Shown in pieces: positions 27,357 through 40,211 of a stretch of DNA of 64,000 nucleotides. Each line of letters begins with the position of its first letter. Positions within the stretch are counted from its first letter, which is position 1. The translations under genes were made by a program, and so were the position numbers. The notes below the pieces were generated by a model. That model searched no databases. It saw only the letters and a list, made by a program, of their open reading frames with translations, and had not been told where the DNA came from. The DNA is from Antechinus flavipes. Its lineage: Eukaryota. Location: positions 427,180,001 to 427,244,000 of the forward strand of contig NC_067400.1 of the NCBI RefSeq assembly GCF_016432865.1, written 5' to 3'.

Positions 27357-28329
27357 TCTGAGAAGCTAAGAAGAAAAGGAACATGTTCAAAGATTAGAGT
27401 TCACAGAATAGCCTCAAACTACAGAGCATAGCTCCATCATAGATAAATTCAGCTAAGAAAAAAGGTCCCTCTTTGTTTGATTCCTACTGTCTCAGTGAAG
27501 TGAGTAAAGTACTGCAAATCCATGATTGTAAAGAGCAGTTCACCTGAAATATAAGCAAATCACCTATTCTGAAAGAGGCAAAGTGTCCATTTTCCAGCTT
27601 AAAACAATTCTCTACAAATGTGCTCACATAGTCTTTCAGCATACACTCTAGACTGGCTGAAAGTCTGAGCTGATATCAGTGTTAGATTGGGTTCATTCCA
27701 TCTGCCTGGAAATTAAAAATTAAAATGAAGAAAAATGCTTTTTAAAAGACCATTTTTATCATTTGTCCTGCAACATACATTTAGCAATGCTTCTATCTGA
27801 AATAAGTTTCAGAACTAGAGAGAGGTGGGGGGGGGGGGAAGGGAAGAGAGAAAGAGGGAGAAGGAGAGGGAGAGGAAGAGAAAAAGGAAGGGATCAGATT
27901 GAGTAAATCATTCAGGACCAGGCAGTACAAAAGTTAGTGAGAATGTCCTTTACTAAGTTAACACCTTTTTGTTATTGCAAATTTTTTGAATGCCATGTCT
28001 CCTGCTATGACTAACTGAATCTACTAATTGAAGACTTAATTGAGAGCCAATAATTGGTTATCTAGTTGAACTGTAATTTAATTCAAATAGAAGGTAAACA
28101 AAACCATAGTATTTGATAAGGTTAACATGTTTTCTCCCCCATTAAATTCTGAGCTTCTTGAAGATAGTTCTTTGACTCCTTTCAATTTCCCAGTATTTTA
28201 GCACAGAGCTTGGCACATAGTAAATATTTTTAAAGTTTTCATTGACTGATTATAATAGTTATTATAGCTCAATCTATACATACATTAATATTTACAAAAA
28301 CAAAAGATTTCCTTGCAAGAACTCTTCAA

Positions 28330-28480
28330 GGTATATAGTAAAAACTTTATTATCCCCATCTTGCAGATTAGAAAACTGAGGCATTGAGAAACTGGGTGAT
28401 GTGCCTATGGTCACATAGCTAAAAAGTGAGATGGGATGTGAACTCAGGCCTCCTGATTCTTCAGTTCTTTGAACTATGGC
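28330..28480 (-). mobile_element. MIR relic
   Basis: 'cccatcttgcagattagaaaactgaggc...ggtcacatagct...tgaactcaggcctcctga'. Confidence 0.75.
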
Positions 28481-28489
28481 ACTCTGCTT

Positions 28490-29300
28490 TTGTTCTCCAT
28501 GTGCAAATATATACTAGCATCTGTTCCTTTTTGTCTACGCACAGCTTACCTGGTTCAGGTCTATATCACCTTTCACCTAGATAACTGTCATGGATTCTTC
28601 ATAGGTTTCCCTACCTCAACTTTCTCCCCATTGCAAACTATTATCTGCACAACTTTCAAAATGAATTTCCTTAAGGACAGGTCTGACTAACATCTCAATC
28701 CTTGCATCAATAAGCTTGAATACTTCTTTATTACCTTTAATATCAAATACAGAATCTTGACTGGAATTTCAAGCTTTCACAACATGGCTCCAACTTAGCT
28801 TTCCTTCATTTGTGTACATGCCTCTCTTTAATAAACTCTATGTTCTTCCATGATTTTCTTGCTATTTCTCACACCGAACTCTTGTTTTTGGTCTCTGTGC
28901 CTTTCACAGCTTAAATCCTGTGCCTTGAATATCCTCTCTCTTCCCAAGTTAGTAGATAGACTCCCTTATTTCCTTCAAAATTATTGAGATGCCACTTTCT
29001 ATACTGGAGGTGTCATATATGGCCTATTCAAGTGCTTCCCATAATAGACTAGAATATAATTAGAATACAATTTAACAAAATATATAAAATATAATAAAGC
29101 ACAGATAATATTCTATTATTAAGTTAAGCTAATATATAACCCCTAGCAATCCTTATATATAGATTAGAACCCCCCCATCGTTTCAATTTGAGTTTGACAC
29201 CACTTTTCTCCTTGATGCCTTTCCTAATCCCCCTCCAGCTGCTGATGCAGTCTCCTAAAACTATCTGACTCTTGATAGGTGATTATTTTATGTCTAATTT
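28490..29300 (+). mobile_element. L2 relic interrupted by a hAT MITE
   Basis: L2 ORF2/3' motifs (cacctagataactg...ttccctacctcaactttctcccc). L2 resumes after 29204. Confidence 0.65.
29004..29204. mobile_element. hAT-like MITE
   Basis: Degenerate TIRs ctggaggtgtca / gagtttgacaccact, AT-rich interior, interrupts L2. Confidence 0.55.
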
Positions 29301-30148
29301 TGTAGCACACCTCTTTTGGACTACTATTCAATCTCAGTTTTAGAACTAGGGTCTTCAGGGTGGTGATTACTTTTGAGTCCTAGGAGTAAGTGAATGTACC
29401 TAGACTCCTAACATAACAGCTCATGAACTCCCATTGGTGTGACAGCTAACAATTAACCAGTATACACACTTAGACCCTTGCAAAGGCATTTACTAAGATA
29501 GCATAATAAAAACAATTCCCCTCATAAACCTTAGGTGTTCTCTCCTCTTAATATACATAGTGATTTTATAGACTACAATGATAGTGAGGTACAAATGCAG
29601 GGTATATATGTGACAAAGACAATTCATAATTCTTGGTACTGTAGAATATAAAAGTCCTTAGAGTCTCCATAGAATTGTCACATTATCAAGATAGCACCAA
29701 TGTTTAGAGCATTAGGACTGCTCATTTGGGTTCCCAGGGTCATCTATACTTCCTAGTAGGTTCTGGTCCCTCATAACAACATCCTGTTTCAAGTGAGTAT
29801 CACACTGTACTTGCTAAGCAAAATATCTTTTTTATAATTCAGTAAGTAACTCAGCTTCAAAGTAATATGACTAATAAAGGAATAAGGAAGAGGCAAAAAT
29901 CTTCCTCCAATCCTATCTCATTGTCCCCAGAATGATTTTATCTCAAAAGTCTTGGTTTTTCTTCATTCTTTACTTGAGACTTGAAGCTAATCAATTTGTT
30001 TTCTTGACCAATCCAATTATTTACTTTTGACTCAATTATAAAAGTATTCAAAATACACAAAGATTTCACAAATTGTATTCATGTTTTATAGTTATTTTAT
30101 TAACTTATTGAAACCTTGTGGATTTTTTGAACGATGAGGTTGGTCAAA

Positions 30149-30177
30149 GATAGATAGATAGACAGCAGGCATAAATA

Positions 30178-30222
<45 letters not shown>
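30149..30222. repeat. (GATA)n and (TA)n microsatellites
   Basis: Directly visible. Confidence 0.95.
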
Positions 30223-30225
<3 letters not shown>

Positions 30226-30990
30226 AGGTAGATTTTTTTAAAAATAAAAATGTGGCCCACATTCTGCAAATCTTTAGTGAAACATCATATGCAGAATACA
30301 CAATTGGGCACAGAGATACAAAAGAAACGATAGATTTCCCCCCCTAGAATTGTTATTAAATTTATTGAAAACTTCATAAACTCTGGTTTGATATTCTTAA
30401 TGTTTCTAATTTTCATTTAAGGAAATTGGTCCAATTAGCATATTTGTGCCACCGTGCTGAAACAAGTACAAAGAGGAATATATAAATATTTCTTGACCTC
30501 CAACTTCTTAAAATGTATCAGAAGAGATAAGACATGCACAGAAATAAATACAGTATTATACTTATACAAGTGGTATGAATTTTTACTGAAAGAGAAGATT
30601 ATTTTGAGATAAGAGAAATTGGCTAAGATTTAAGGCAGGCAAAACATTCTAGGATCATAGAATAGTATCAACAAAAGGAAGGAGTTGAAACAAGATAGAA
30701 TCATTTAAGTAACTGTAAGCATTCCAGCATGAATGGAGGTTAGATTATATAAATGTGCATATTATGAGATTAATTTAGAAAGATAGGCTAAAGCTATGTT
30801 GTGGAAGTACAGTGAGAATCAGGAATTTAGTTTATATTTACTAAGTAGTAGGGAACTATTGAAAGTTTTTAATCAGCAGAGTAAAACAACCAAATCAATA
30901 TATTAGAAAGATAAATCTGATAGGAATAGAGGATTAACTATAAGTGAAATACTAAAAGTAGGGTGACTGGCTAGGAAGCTGATGTAGTAA

Positions 30991-31064
30991 TCTAGATTGG
31001 AATAAGGGGTAAACTGCAATAGTAGCAGTCTAGATTGGAATAAGGGGTAAATTGCAACAGTAGC
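30991..31064 (+). repeat. 38-bp tandem duplication
   Basis: tctagattggaataaggggtaaa(c/t)tgcaa(t/c)agtagc at 30991 and 31029. Confidence 0.95.
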
Positions 31065-31544
31065 TCAGAAAGGGATATAAAAGTAGACACTGGTAAGAGA
31101 AATTCTGAGATTTAGAAACTGATTTATTTGATGATGACAAAATAGGAAAATCCTGAGTAGCTGAGAAGTTGATAATCCTTCCAATTTATCTAGATATTTC
31201 ACATGCTTGTATAGATTTTAAATCCTTCACATTTTCCTTCCATCCACCAAGAAAAGAAGGACTGAATACATCAATTAAAGATCGACCAATTGTGTGGATA
31301 ATAGCCTTTTTTTGGTACTTTGATTATCTGAAAAATACCAATATAATTTGTAGGTAATCGATTGTCTCATTTTTACTACATCACTGACCCACTTTCTTTT
31401 CAAGTAAGACACTTCCTCAATGATGTATTTAGATGATTTCTCAAATACCTCATCATTAATATCATGACGACAACTTTCCTTTTTTGTATCCCACATCATC
31501 CCATTGTTCCTTGGGCTACTTAAATTTCTATTCTAGGATGTCTA

Positions 31545-31912
31545 TGCTGAAACCAGCTTGAATTGACTGAAGAGAGTCAAGTGTTTAATTTTCAGTGTGA
31601 GCATTTATACAGTGGAAGGGATATGGCCCATGGGCCACATTCAGCAGCTGAGGAAGTTTATCCCCCTCACCCAGGGCTATGAAGTTTCTTTATTTAAAGA
31701 CCCACAAAACAAAGTTTTTGTTTTTACTATACTCTGACCCTCCAACAGTCTGAGGGACAGTGAACTGGGCCCCTATTTAAAAAGTTTGAGGACCCCTGAA
31801 TTCTAGACTTTAAGAAAGTTATGAATAATACTAATAATGAAGATGAAACTTAAGTGTATAATATATACTTTACTTCCTCAAGAGCCAGTTGCAAAATATT
31901 TATCAGCACACT
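31545..31912 (+). mobile_element. MER63-like (hAT-Blackjack) relic hosting a nested hAT element
   Basis: Ends 'tgctgaaaccagctt...gagag' and 'gagccagttgcaaaatatttatcagcacac', plus internal 'tctagactttaagaaag', match recalled MER63 segments. Confidence 0.7.
31622..31798 (-). mobile_element. OC1 (OposCharlie1)-type non-autonomous hAT element
   Basis: Minus strand begins CAGGGGTCCTCAAACTTTTTAAATAGGGG(C)CCAGTTCACTGTCCCTCAGACTGTTGGAGGG. The other TIR is missing. Confidence 0.8.
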
Positions 31913-32009
31913 CTTGTTTCCACGTCATTGGCACTGATCTTTGAAAGATTATAGAGATTAGGGTGAAGGCTGTTGGGTTGGAAAATGACATAAGTATTAA
32001 TATTCAAAA

Positions 32010-32826
32010 ATGGGAATAAAGTAGAGCATGTAAACCAATTACCAATCATCTTGAATTTGAATTTTAGCAAAATTCCAGAAACCTCTTAGAAGTATGTCAT
32101 CAGCATCTAAAAAAGGAAGCAGTGATCATAACTAATCAGCATGGCTACATCAAAAATAGGTTGTGTCAGATTAATCCCATTTCCTATACCCAGGTAAAGG
32201 TTTTTTAATGGACTTCACCCTCAATGTTGGTCAATAGTGTGACACTGTGATCTTCAAAACTATTGAAGTATTAGTTTGCATTGAGAGGCTTACTGTCTAG
32301 AATACAGAAGGTGGGAATCCCAATATGTTCCAAAGTTAGGTCAAATTTGCTGCATCAGGGTCAGTTATGGGAGTCACTAGAAAAGCACTGACAAACTAAA
32401 AAATTCAGAGCATTGTTATCTGTATAGAGAAGAACCGTAAGATCATCATTATGAAGATTGGTTGAAGGAATTAGAGATGTTTCATTTAAAGAAAAGAAAA
32501 CTCAAAAGGAGACGTAACAGCTGTCTTAGAGTATTTGAAAAGTTATCACATAAAAGAAAAAGTGAATGTGTACTCTTTGGCTCCAAAATTCAGAACTAAG
32601 AATTAAAAGCTGCAGAGAAGTAAGCTTTAATAAATCTGGAAGGAAAACTTTTCTAACAATCAGAATTATATTAAAGTATAATAAATTATCTCAGGAAGTA
32701 GAATGCCCTCTCTATAAGTCTTTAAGTCAAAACAGGAGAATCATTTGCTAAGGATATTATTCAGGACATTCTTGTTCAGGCATGAATTAGAGTAGTAATC
32801 TTTGAGATCCCTTCAAATTTTGAGAT
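32010..32826 (+). mobile_element. L3/CR1 relic (RT and 3' region)
   Basis: CR1-like motifs 'aatcagcatggctacatcaaaaatagg' and 'ggttgaaggaattagagatgtttc...agctgtcttagagtatttgaaaag'. Confidence 0.75.
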
Positions 32827-32837
32827 GATAAAATATT

Positions 32838-33070
32838 GTGGTTGTTTATTTATTTCAGTCAAGTTCAATTCTTCATGATCCTATCTTGGGTTTTCTTGAC
32901 AGACATATGGAGTGGTTTGCCATTTCCTCTCCCTCAGATAAGGAAACTGAGGCAAACAGGGTTAAGTGTCTGGTCCAGAGTCATATAGCTAGTAAGTATC
33001 TGAGGCCCAAATTTGAACTCAGGAAGGTGAGTCTTCCTGACTTTAAGCTTGGCATTTTAATCCACTGCAC
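32838..33070 (-). mobile_element. Mar1-type CORE-SINE
   Basis: 'ggagtggtttgccatttcc...gataaggaaactgaggcaaacagggttaagtg'. Confidence 0.85.
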
Positions 33071-34534
33071 TGCAATATAGAGACTACCATAGAACAAAGT
33101 GTTCTCTGCAGTCATGTACATCATAAGTTCTTGTAAAGTTTTACTATATATTAATTTCTCTTTTAATATGTGTGGATGTATTTTTCATCTTGTTTCATAA
33201 GAAACTTTAAAGATGGATTTTTTGTCTATTTAACATTTCCCCCTACAGTGGTTAGTGCTATGTTCTCTAAGTAATTTTTTCTTTACCTAACATGATTAAA
33301 TACTATATACTCTAGCCCAGATAAATGTAAGCTTCTTGAGGGGGAGAAAATGTTTCATCTTTGTGCATTCTTAGAACTACACATAGTACCTGCACATGGT
33401 AGGTTCACAATAAATATATGCTGTCATTAAATGGAATTAAATAAAACATAGTCATAGTAGATTCTTTTATTTTTAAGTCTTGTCAGTTGTGTAATTATAA
33501 TGAAATAGCTTTCCATAAAAAAATTGTGTGAAAAGCCTCCTTTCCTTTGTCATATTTTCATCAAGGACAACTCTGGTATGAGTAAATTTTTTTCATAAAC
33601 TTTTTTTAGTGAGAAAACAAAAATATGGCTCCTTAGCTGCTTAACCAGTTCTCTTCAGAGAACATGTGTTTTGTTTTGTTTAGTTTTATAATTTAGATAA
33701 AAGTACTATGTCTGGTCTTTTTCAGTCTTTTTGGAATCTGGCCCTTTTTGAGATAACATGAAAAGTGCTTCCTTCATGATTTTAAATTTATGTTTTCTTT
33801 AACAGGAATTTCTTCTATATTTTTGTACACGGGGGTCATTTTCTTATTTATCTGATCTACTTGGAGTAGGTTTCCCAGTGGTATTATTGGGTCAGAAATT
33901 AGTAACTTAATTGGTTGTAGTTTCAAATTGCTTTCCAGCTCCACCAATAGTGAATTAAGGTGACTGTTTTCCCATAGATCCTCTAATACTTGTCACTTTT
34001 CTCCTTTTTTCAATTTTATTAATATGTTATGAAATAAAATCACAAAGTTGCTTAAATTTTTATTTCTTTAGGTCTTAGTCTTGGAAATGAAATTTTTTGA
34101 GAGAAACTTTCAGGAAAGATTTATTTCCCCTAGTTACTTACTTTCCTTCTATTTTATCCACAAATACTTTTTTAAAAATTTGACATAATCAAAACTGTTC
34201 CTTTTATTTTCTATAATCTTGGTTATGAACTCTTCCCTTATCCATAGATCTGAATGATAATTTTTCCATTGCTTTTTTAAATTTCTTATTTATTTATGTA
34301 TAAATCATGCATCCATGGGAATTTATCTTATTATAATGAATGAGATGTTGGTCTACACCTAGTTTTTGCCAGAATGTGTTCCAATTTTCCCAGTAGTTTT
34401 TATTTAGTTGCAATTTCTTACCCTATTTAGGGTAGTTATCAAATACTAAGCTGCAGTGTTGATTTGCTTCTGAATGGCATATTACTTTGATTGACTTCTT
34501 TGTTTCTTAACCAGATGAATCCTGCTTTGTAAGC

Positions 34535-34712
34535 AGTTAAGAGGTACAGGAGATAAAATATCAGACCTAGACTCAGAAAACCTGAGTTTAAATGTGATCT
34601 TAGACACTATATGAATCTGGGCAAGTTATTTAATCCTATTTGTCTCAGTTTCCTCATCTGTAAAATGAACTGGAAAAGGAAATTGAAAACCACTCCAGTA
34701 TCTTTGCCAAGA
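34535..34712 (+). mobile_element. Mar1-type CORE-SINE inserted in an L1 relic
   Basis: CORE 'tctcagtttcctcatctgtaaaatg' followed by 'aaaaccactccagtatctttgccaagaaaac'. Confidence 0.85.
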
Positions 34713-34873
34713 AAACAGCCGAAGGATAGCACTTAAGTTAAAGAGGTTTATTTATTCTTCTATTTTTTAGTAATTAAAAAAATGGGTATTGTATCTCATC
34801 AAAAAATTTCCTGCATTTATTGATATAATCATATTGTTATTGATATGGTCTATTATCTTGATAGATTAATAAA

Positions 34874-35110
34874 TCAACCTTGCATTCCTGGTAGAAATCC
34901 AACTGGGTCATAGTGTATAATTTTTGTGATAAATTGCTGTTTTCTCCTTGCTAATAATTTATTCATGCTTTTTGCATCAATATTCATTAGAGCTATTGGA
35001 CTATAATTTTCTTTCTCTGTTTTCATCCTGCCTGATTTAGCTATCAACACCATATTTGTATCACAGAAGGAATTTGGTATGGCACCTTTTTTCCCTAATT
35101 TTTCAAACAA
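34874..35110 (-). pseudogene. L1 ORF2 fragment (region preceding the RT core), part of a minus-strand L1 relic at ~33830-35130
   Basis: [18 protein letters not shown]...[22 protein letters not shown]...[15 protein letters not shown] is clearly L1 ORF2. Confidence 0.92.
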
Positions 35111-35134
35111 TTTATGTAATATTAGAATTAGCCA

Positions 35135-35640
35135 TGTTTTAAAAAAACATAAACAAGAAAAACAAAGAAAGAGAAAACGTATGCTTCAATCTGCACTCTG
35201 AGTATATTAGTTCTGTCTCTCTGGAAGTGCATAGCATTTTTTCACTGAGTCCTTTGGAACTATGGTAGATCACTGTATTGATCAAAATTACTAAATCTAT
35301 CACAGTTAATTATGTTTACAATATTATTTTTACTGTGTACATTGTTCTCCTAGTTCTGCTAATTTCACTTTTCATTAGTTTATATAAATCTTTCCAGATT
35401 TTGCTAAAATCATTCTCTTCATCATTTCTTATAGCATAGTACTATTCTATCATTTTCCTATACCATAATTTGTTTAGCCACTCCTCAATTGATGATCATT
35501 CCCCTCATTTCTAATCATCAGAAAAGTAGTTAATGTAAATAGGTCCTTTTTTTTTTATTTCGATCTCTTTAGGGTTGAGACCTATTGGTGATATTGTTGG
35601 GTCAGAAGGTATACTCATTTTTTTAATCTTTTGGATATTG
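35135..35640 (-). mobile_element. Old L1 3' end relic
   Basis: Reverse complement of the L1 ORF2 C-terminus/3'UTR (ccataatttgtttagccactcctcaattgatg...ttgttctccagaatgg). Confidence 0.75.
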
Positions 35641-35689
35641 TTCAAAATTGTTCTCCAGAATGGCCCCAACCTATTTCTTGACTTTGGAT

Positions 35690-36332
35690 TTAGAACTGGA
35701 TTCTGCTTACCTCTACTTGGGGATGGAGCAGATTTCTGGTCTGAGTTTCTGAATCTTATGTCCTCTTTTTTCTTTAACAGCTTCCAAGGGGATGTGATCT
35801 ACAAATAAATCTCTTCATGCCCTACTAATCTGTACTCTGCACAAATAAGGATTGTATTCCTTTGCAATTGGGACCCCTCCTCTTTACCCTGGAATTGTGA
35901 CACAAAACTGGATAATGGATCACAGAGCTGCCACGTGGTCCCCATTTCTGAGCCCAGTGTTAATTCAGGATCCCCTAGGAGCTCTTTTTGATCAGGTTTC
36001 CAGTCCTCTTACTATTTCTGGATACTGAGTTGCTCCATGATGCTGCTGCCACAGTTTGGCACTACCCTGTCACTGGTGCCATTTTTCACTGCATTATACA
36101 CCTTACCAATCCCCATCTCAAAGTCAGCAGTTTTCTCCATCTTGCTATGTGCTTCCTTGGGCTAGAAAAAAAATAACTCACTGTGACTTTTAATTGACTT
36201 TCCTGCCCAAAATTCAGTTTGAATCATTTAAAAAAAATTTGGGAGGTTTTTTGGCTGTTGTTGAAGGGAGAGCTTGTGATGGGGGAGAGCTCAGAAAAAA
36301 ATGCTAATTTCATTCTGCCATCTTGACTCTGC
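35690..36332 (-). mobile_element. L1/HAL1 5'UTR relic
   Basis: Minus strand starts GGGCAGAGTCAAGATGGCAGAATG, a typical L1 5' terminus. Confidence 0.6.
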
Positions 36333-36839
36333 CCACTGTTCTTTGAATTCTTGATAGAATTAATTTGAAAAGGCATCTGGTCTCTTGCTCTCTCTTTTCC
36401 TTTGGAAAATTTATTTCTTGTTCAATTTTTTTTCTTATATTGGATTGTTATCTATTTTTTATATTGTCAATCTGTACATCTTATATTTTTGTAAAGATTC
36501 ATCCATTCATTTAGATTGTCAATTTTATTGACATATGCTTGGAAAAAAATAGTTCTTAATAATTTTCTTGATTTCTTTTTCACTTGTGAGTTTTCCTTTT
36601 CTTGTTTTACACTAGTAATTTGAATTTCCTCTTTAATATACAAAAAATCAAATTAGCTAATGGCTTCTCTCTTTGGTTATTGCTGACTCATACATATTAA
36701 TAAAGTGAATTTTCTCTACCTGAGAGTTTCTTGTGAACTCAATGGGAGTTAATTGACAACTGGAGTTGTCAATGAAACTGCATGACCAGGTCCTTATCCT
36801 ATTATTTGAGGAACTTCAGCTCTATATCCTACTTGATTC

Positions 36840-37060
36840 TTTTTTGTTGTGGTTGTTTAGTTTTGTCAGTCATGTCAGGTTCTTCATGACCCTTTGGACC
36901 TCTCTCCATGGAGTTTTATTGACAAAGGTAATAGAATAGTTTTCCAATTCTTTCTCCAGTGGAAACAGACATTAAGTGCCTTGCCAAGGTGGTATATCTA
37001 GGAAGTTTCTGAGGTGGGATTTTTAACTTTAATCTCTATCCACTGTACCATCTAGCTGGC
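36840..37060 (-). mobile_element. Mar1-type CORE-SINE
   Basis: RTE-like tail plus 'ctctatccactgtaccatctagctg' head in reverse orientation. Confidence 0.7.
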
Positions 37061-37414
37061 CCAGCAGCTTAATTCTAGATTCCTCTCTATTTAGTTCATG
37101 AATTTGCAATATGCAGGAAATTCTCTTTTGTCCATCGTATTTGGTCTAGGAATTCAGTATTGTCTAAGAATTCCTCTTCAGTGTCCAGGAGGCTTAGTCA
37201 AATAATTTCTTCGTTTGTCTAGGAACTCCTTTACTCTACCATTGCCTCCCTACTGCTGCCAGCTTGAATTTCCGCAGCTCCTATGTGGCTCTGCAACTTC
37301 CTCCAAATTCTGTTATTTCTGATGTCACCGGTAATCCTCCTCTGTTGGGGACGTGGTGGTATAAGAATCTTCTTTCCCAATTTTTTTGGTTAGTCACTTT
37401 TAGAAGTGTAAGTT

Positions 37415-37427
37415 ACACACAAACACA

Positions 37428-37478
<51 letters not shown>
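37415..37478. repeat. (CA)n microsatellite
   Basis: Directly visible. Confidence 0.98.
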
Positions 37479-37480
<2 letters not shown>

Positions 37481-38360
37481 CCCTAATGCCTAATGTCTTA
37501 GTGATGAGTTTCTTGTAACTTAGCTAGGCTGAACCTCAGTGAGCAGACTCAGTATGTCTCTTGAAACCTGTATTTGAAGGTGTTCACAAATTTAGGGGTA
37601 GAAAAAGTCTCAGAAGCCAATTCAACCCTGTTATTTGCTGGATAATGCATCAATCCAATGATTGATGATCCATCAACGAATGGATGGTGATAGAATTGAG
37701 TTCTAATTCGGTTAAGTGACTTGCTCATAAGGAGTTTGTATCAGAAGTGATACTTTCTCTCATGCTAAGTAGTTTTATCAATGTACTACACTGTCTTTCT
37801 GTCAGAACTTGTGTTCTCCTGGCATAGGTTTCCACATTACCTTCACACAACAATTAGGCATCAAAGTTCAATGACTTGCACAAAATGGACACAATACAAC
37901 TATGTATATGGATATAACTACAAAAACATCTTTTGCAGAAATAGAAACATAAATAATTGAAGATTTATTAATTTCTCATGATTATGATGAACCAAAATAA
38001 TAAAAATGATAAGACTCTACAAGTTATTTATTTATTCATTATCATTTAAATTAAATTTAAAATTAAATAATTTATAAAACTGAAAAAATAATAAAATTCA
38101 CATGAGAACAAAGAAAGATAAAAATCTCAAGTTTAAAAAAAAGTGGGAAGGAAAGTGGTCTAGCAGTACTATAAAACAATAAGATCAGTGGGACAGAGTA
38201 GGTATACAAAATACAGAAGCTAATAAATCAAAGAGGATTCTGGAAAGGTGGAAGTGTAGATCAGAAAATTCTAAGCTCTCCAGATTTCCTGCAAGAACCA
38301 GACAAAACTACCCTTCGAGACAAACATAGGGTTAAAAACAAACAAGAATTTGGGCAGAAC

Positions 38361-40211
38361 CAAGGGAATATAATAAAGATGACAGTACTTCCTAAACTAA
38401 TCTATTTATTTAGTGCAATCAGGATCCTAAGAAAATATTTTAATGATCTAGAAAAAATAACAACAAATTCATATGAAGAACAAAAGGTTGAGAATCTCAA
38501 GGGAATTAATGAAAAAAAAAAAACCAAATGAAGGTGGCCCATCTGTACCTGATCTAAAACTATATTATAAAGCAGCAGTCACCAAAACCATTTGGTATTG
38601 GCTAAGAAATAGATTAGTTGATCAGTGGAATAGGTTAGGTTCACAAGACAAAATAGTCAACTATAGCAATCTAGTGTTTGACAAACCCAAAGATTCTAAT
38701 TTTTGGGATAAGAATTCATTATTTGATAAAAAAAAAGTGCTGGGAAAACTGGAAATCATTATGGCAGAAATTAGGCATGGACCCACACTTAACATCATAT
38801 ACCAAGATAAGATCAAAATGGGTCCATGACCTAGGCATAAAGAACGAGATTATAAATAAATTAGAGGAACATAGGATAGTTTAACTCTCAGACTTGTGGA
38901 GGAGGAAGAAATCTGTGACCAAAGAAGAACTAGAGACCATTACTGATCACAAAATAGAAAATTTTGATTATATCAAATTAAAAAGCCTTTGTACAAAAAA
39001 AAAAAAAAACTAATGCAAACAAGATTAGAAGGGAAGCAACAAACTGGGAAAACATTTTCACTGTTAAAGGTTCTGATAAAGGCCTCATTTCCAAAATATA
39101 TAGAGAATTGACTCTAATTTGTAAGAAATCAAACCATTCTCCAATTGATAAATGGTCAAAGGATATGAACAGATAATTTTCAGATGATGAAATTGAAACT
39201 ATTTCCACTCATATGAAAGTGTTCCAAGTCACTATTGATTAGAGAAATGATTAGAGCAAATTAAGACAACTCTGAGATACCACTACACACCTGTCAGATT
39301 GACTAAGATGACAGGAAAAAATAATGATGAATATTGGAGGAGATGAGAAAACACTGGGACACTGATGCATTGTTGGTGGAATTGTGAACGAATCCAACCA
39401 TTCTGGAGAGCAATCTGGAATTATGCCCAAAAAGTTATCAAACTGTGCATACCCTTTGACCCAGCAGTGTTTCTATTGGGCTTATATCCCAAAGAAATAC
39501 TAAAGAAGGAAAAGGGACCTGTATGTGCCAAAATGTTTGTGGCAGCCCTGTTTGTAGTGGCTAGAAGCTGGAAAATGAATGGATGCCCATCAATTGGAGA
39601 ATGGCTGGGTAAATTGTGGTATATGAATGTTATGGAATATTATTGTTCTGTAAGGAATGACCAGCAGGATGAAGACAGAGAGGCTTGGAGAGACTTACAT
39701 GAACTGATGCTAAGTGAAATGAGCAGAACCAGGAGTTCATCATACACTTCAACAATGATAGTGTATGAGGATGTATTCTGATGGAAATGGATATCTTGGA
39801 CAAAGAGAAAATCTAACTCAGTTCCAGTTGATCAATGATGGACAGAAGCAGCTACACCCAAAGAAAGAATACTGGGAAATGAATGTAAACTGTTTGCATT
39901 TTTGTTTTTCTTCCCGGGTTATTTATACCTTCTGAATTCAATTCTCCCTGTGCAACAAGAGAACTGTTCGGTTCTGCAACCGAACATATATTATATCTAG
40001 GATATACTGTAACCTATTTAACATGCATAAGACTTCCTGCCCTCTGGGGAAGGGGGTAGAGGGAGGGAGGGGAAAAGTCAGAACAGAAGTGAATGCAAGG
40101 GATAATGTTGTAAAAAATTACCCTGGCATGGGCTCTGTCAATAAAAAGTTATAATTATTAAAAAAAAAAAAAGATAAACAAAAAATAAATTAAAAATAAA
40201 TAAATAAATAA
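38361..40211 (+). mobile_element. 5'-truncated L1 (~1.85 kb of ORF2 C-terminal part, 3'UTR and poly-A) with TSD
   Basis: ORFs 38473-38829 ([25 protein letters not shown]) and 39365-39781 (MHCWWNCE...LCIPFDPA) are L1 ORF2. A-rich tail at 40160-40211. 17-bp TSD aagaatttgggcagaac (38344-38360) / aagaattgggccagaac (40212-40228). Confidence 0.95.
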
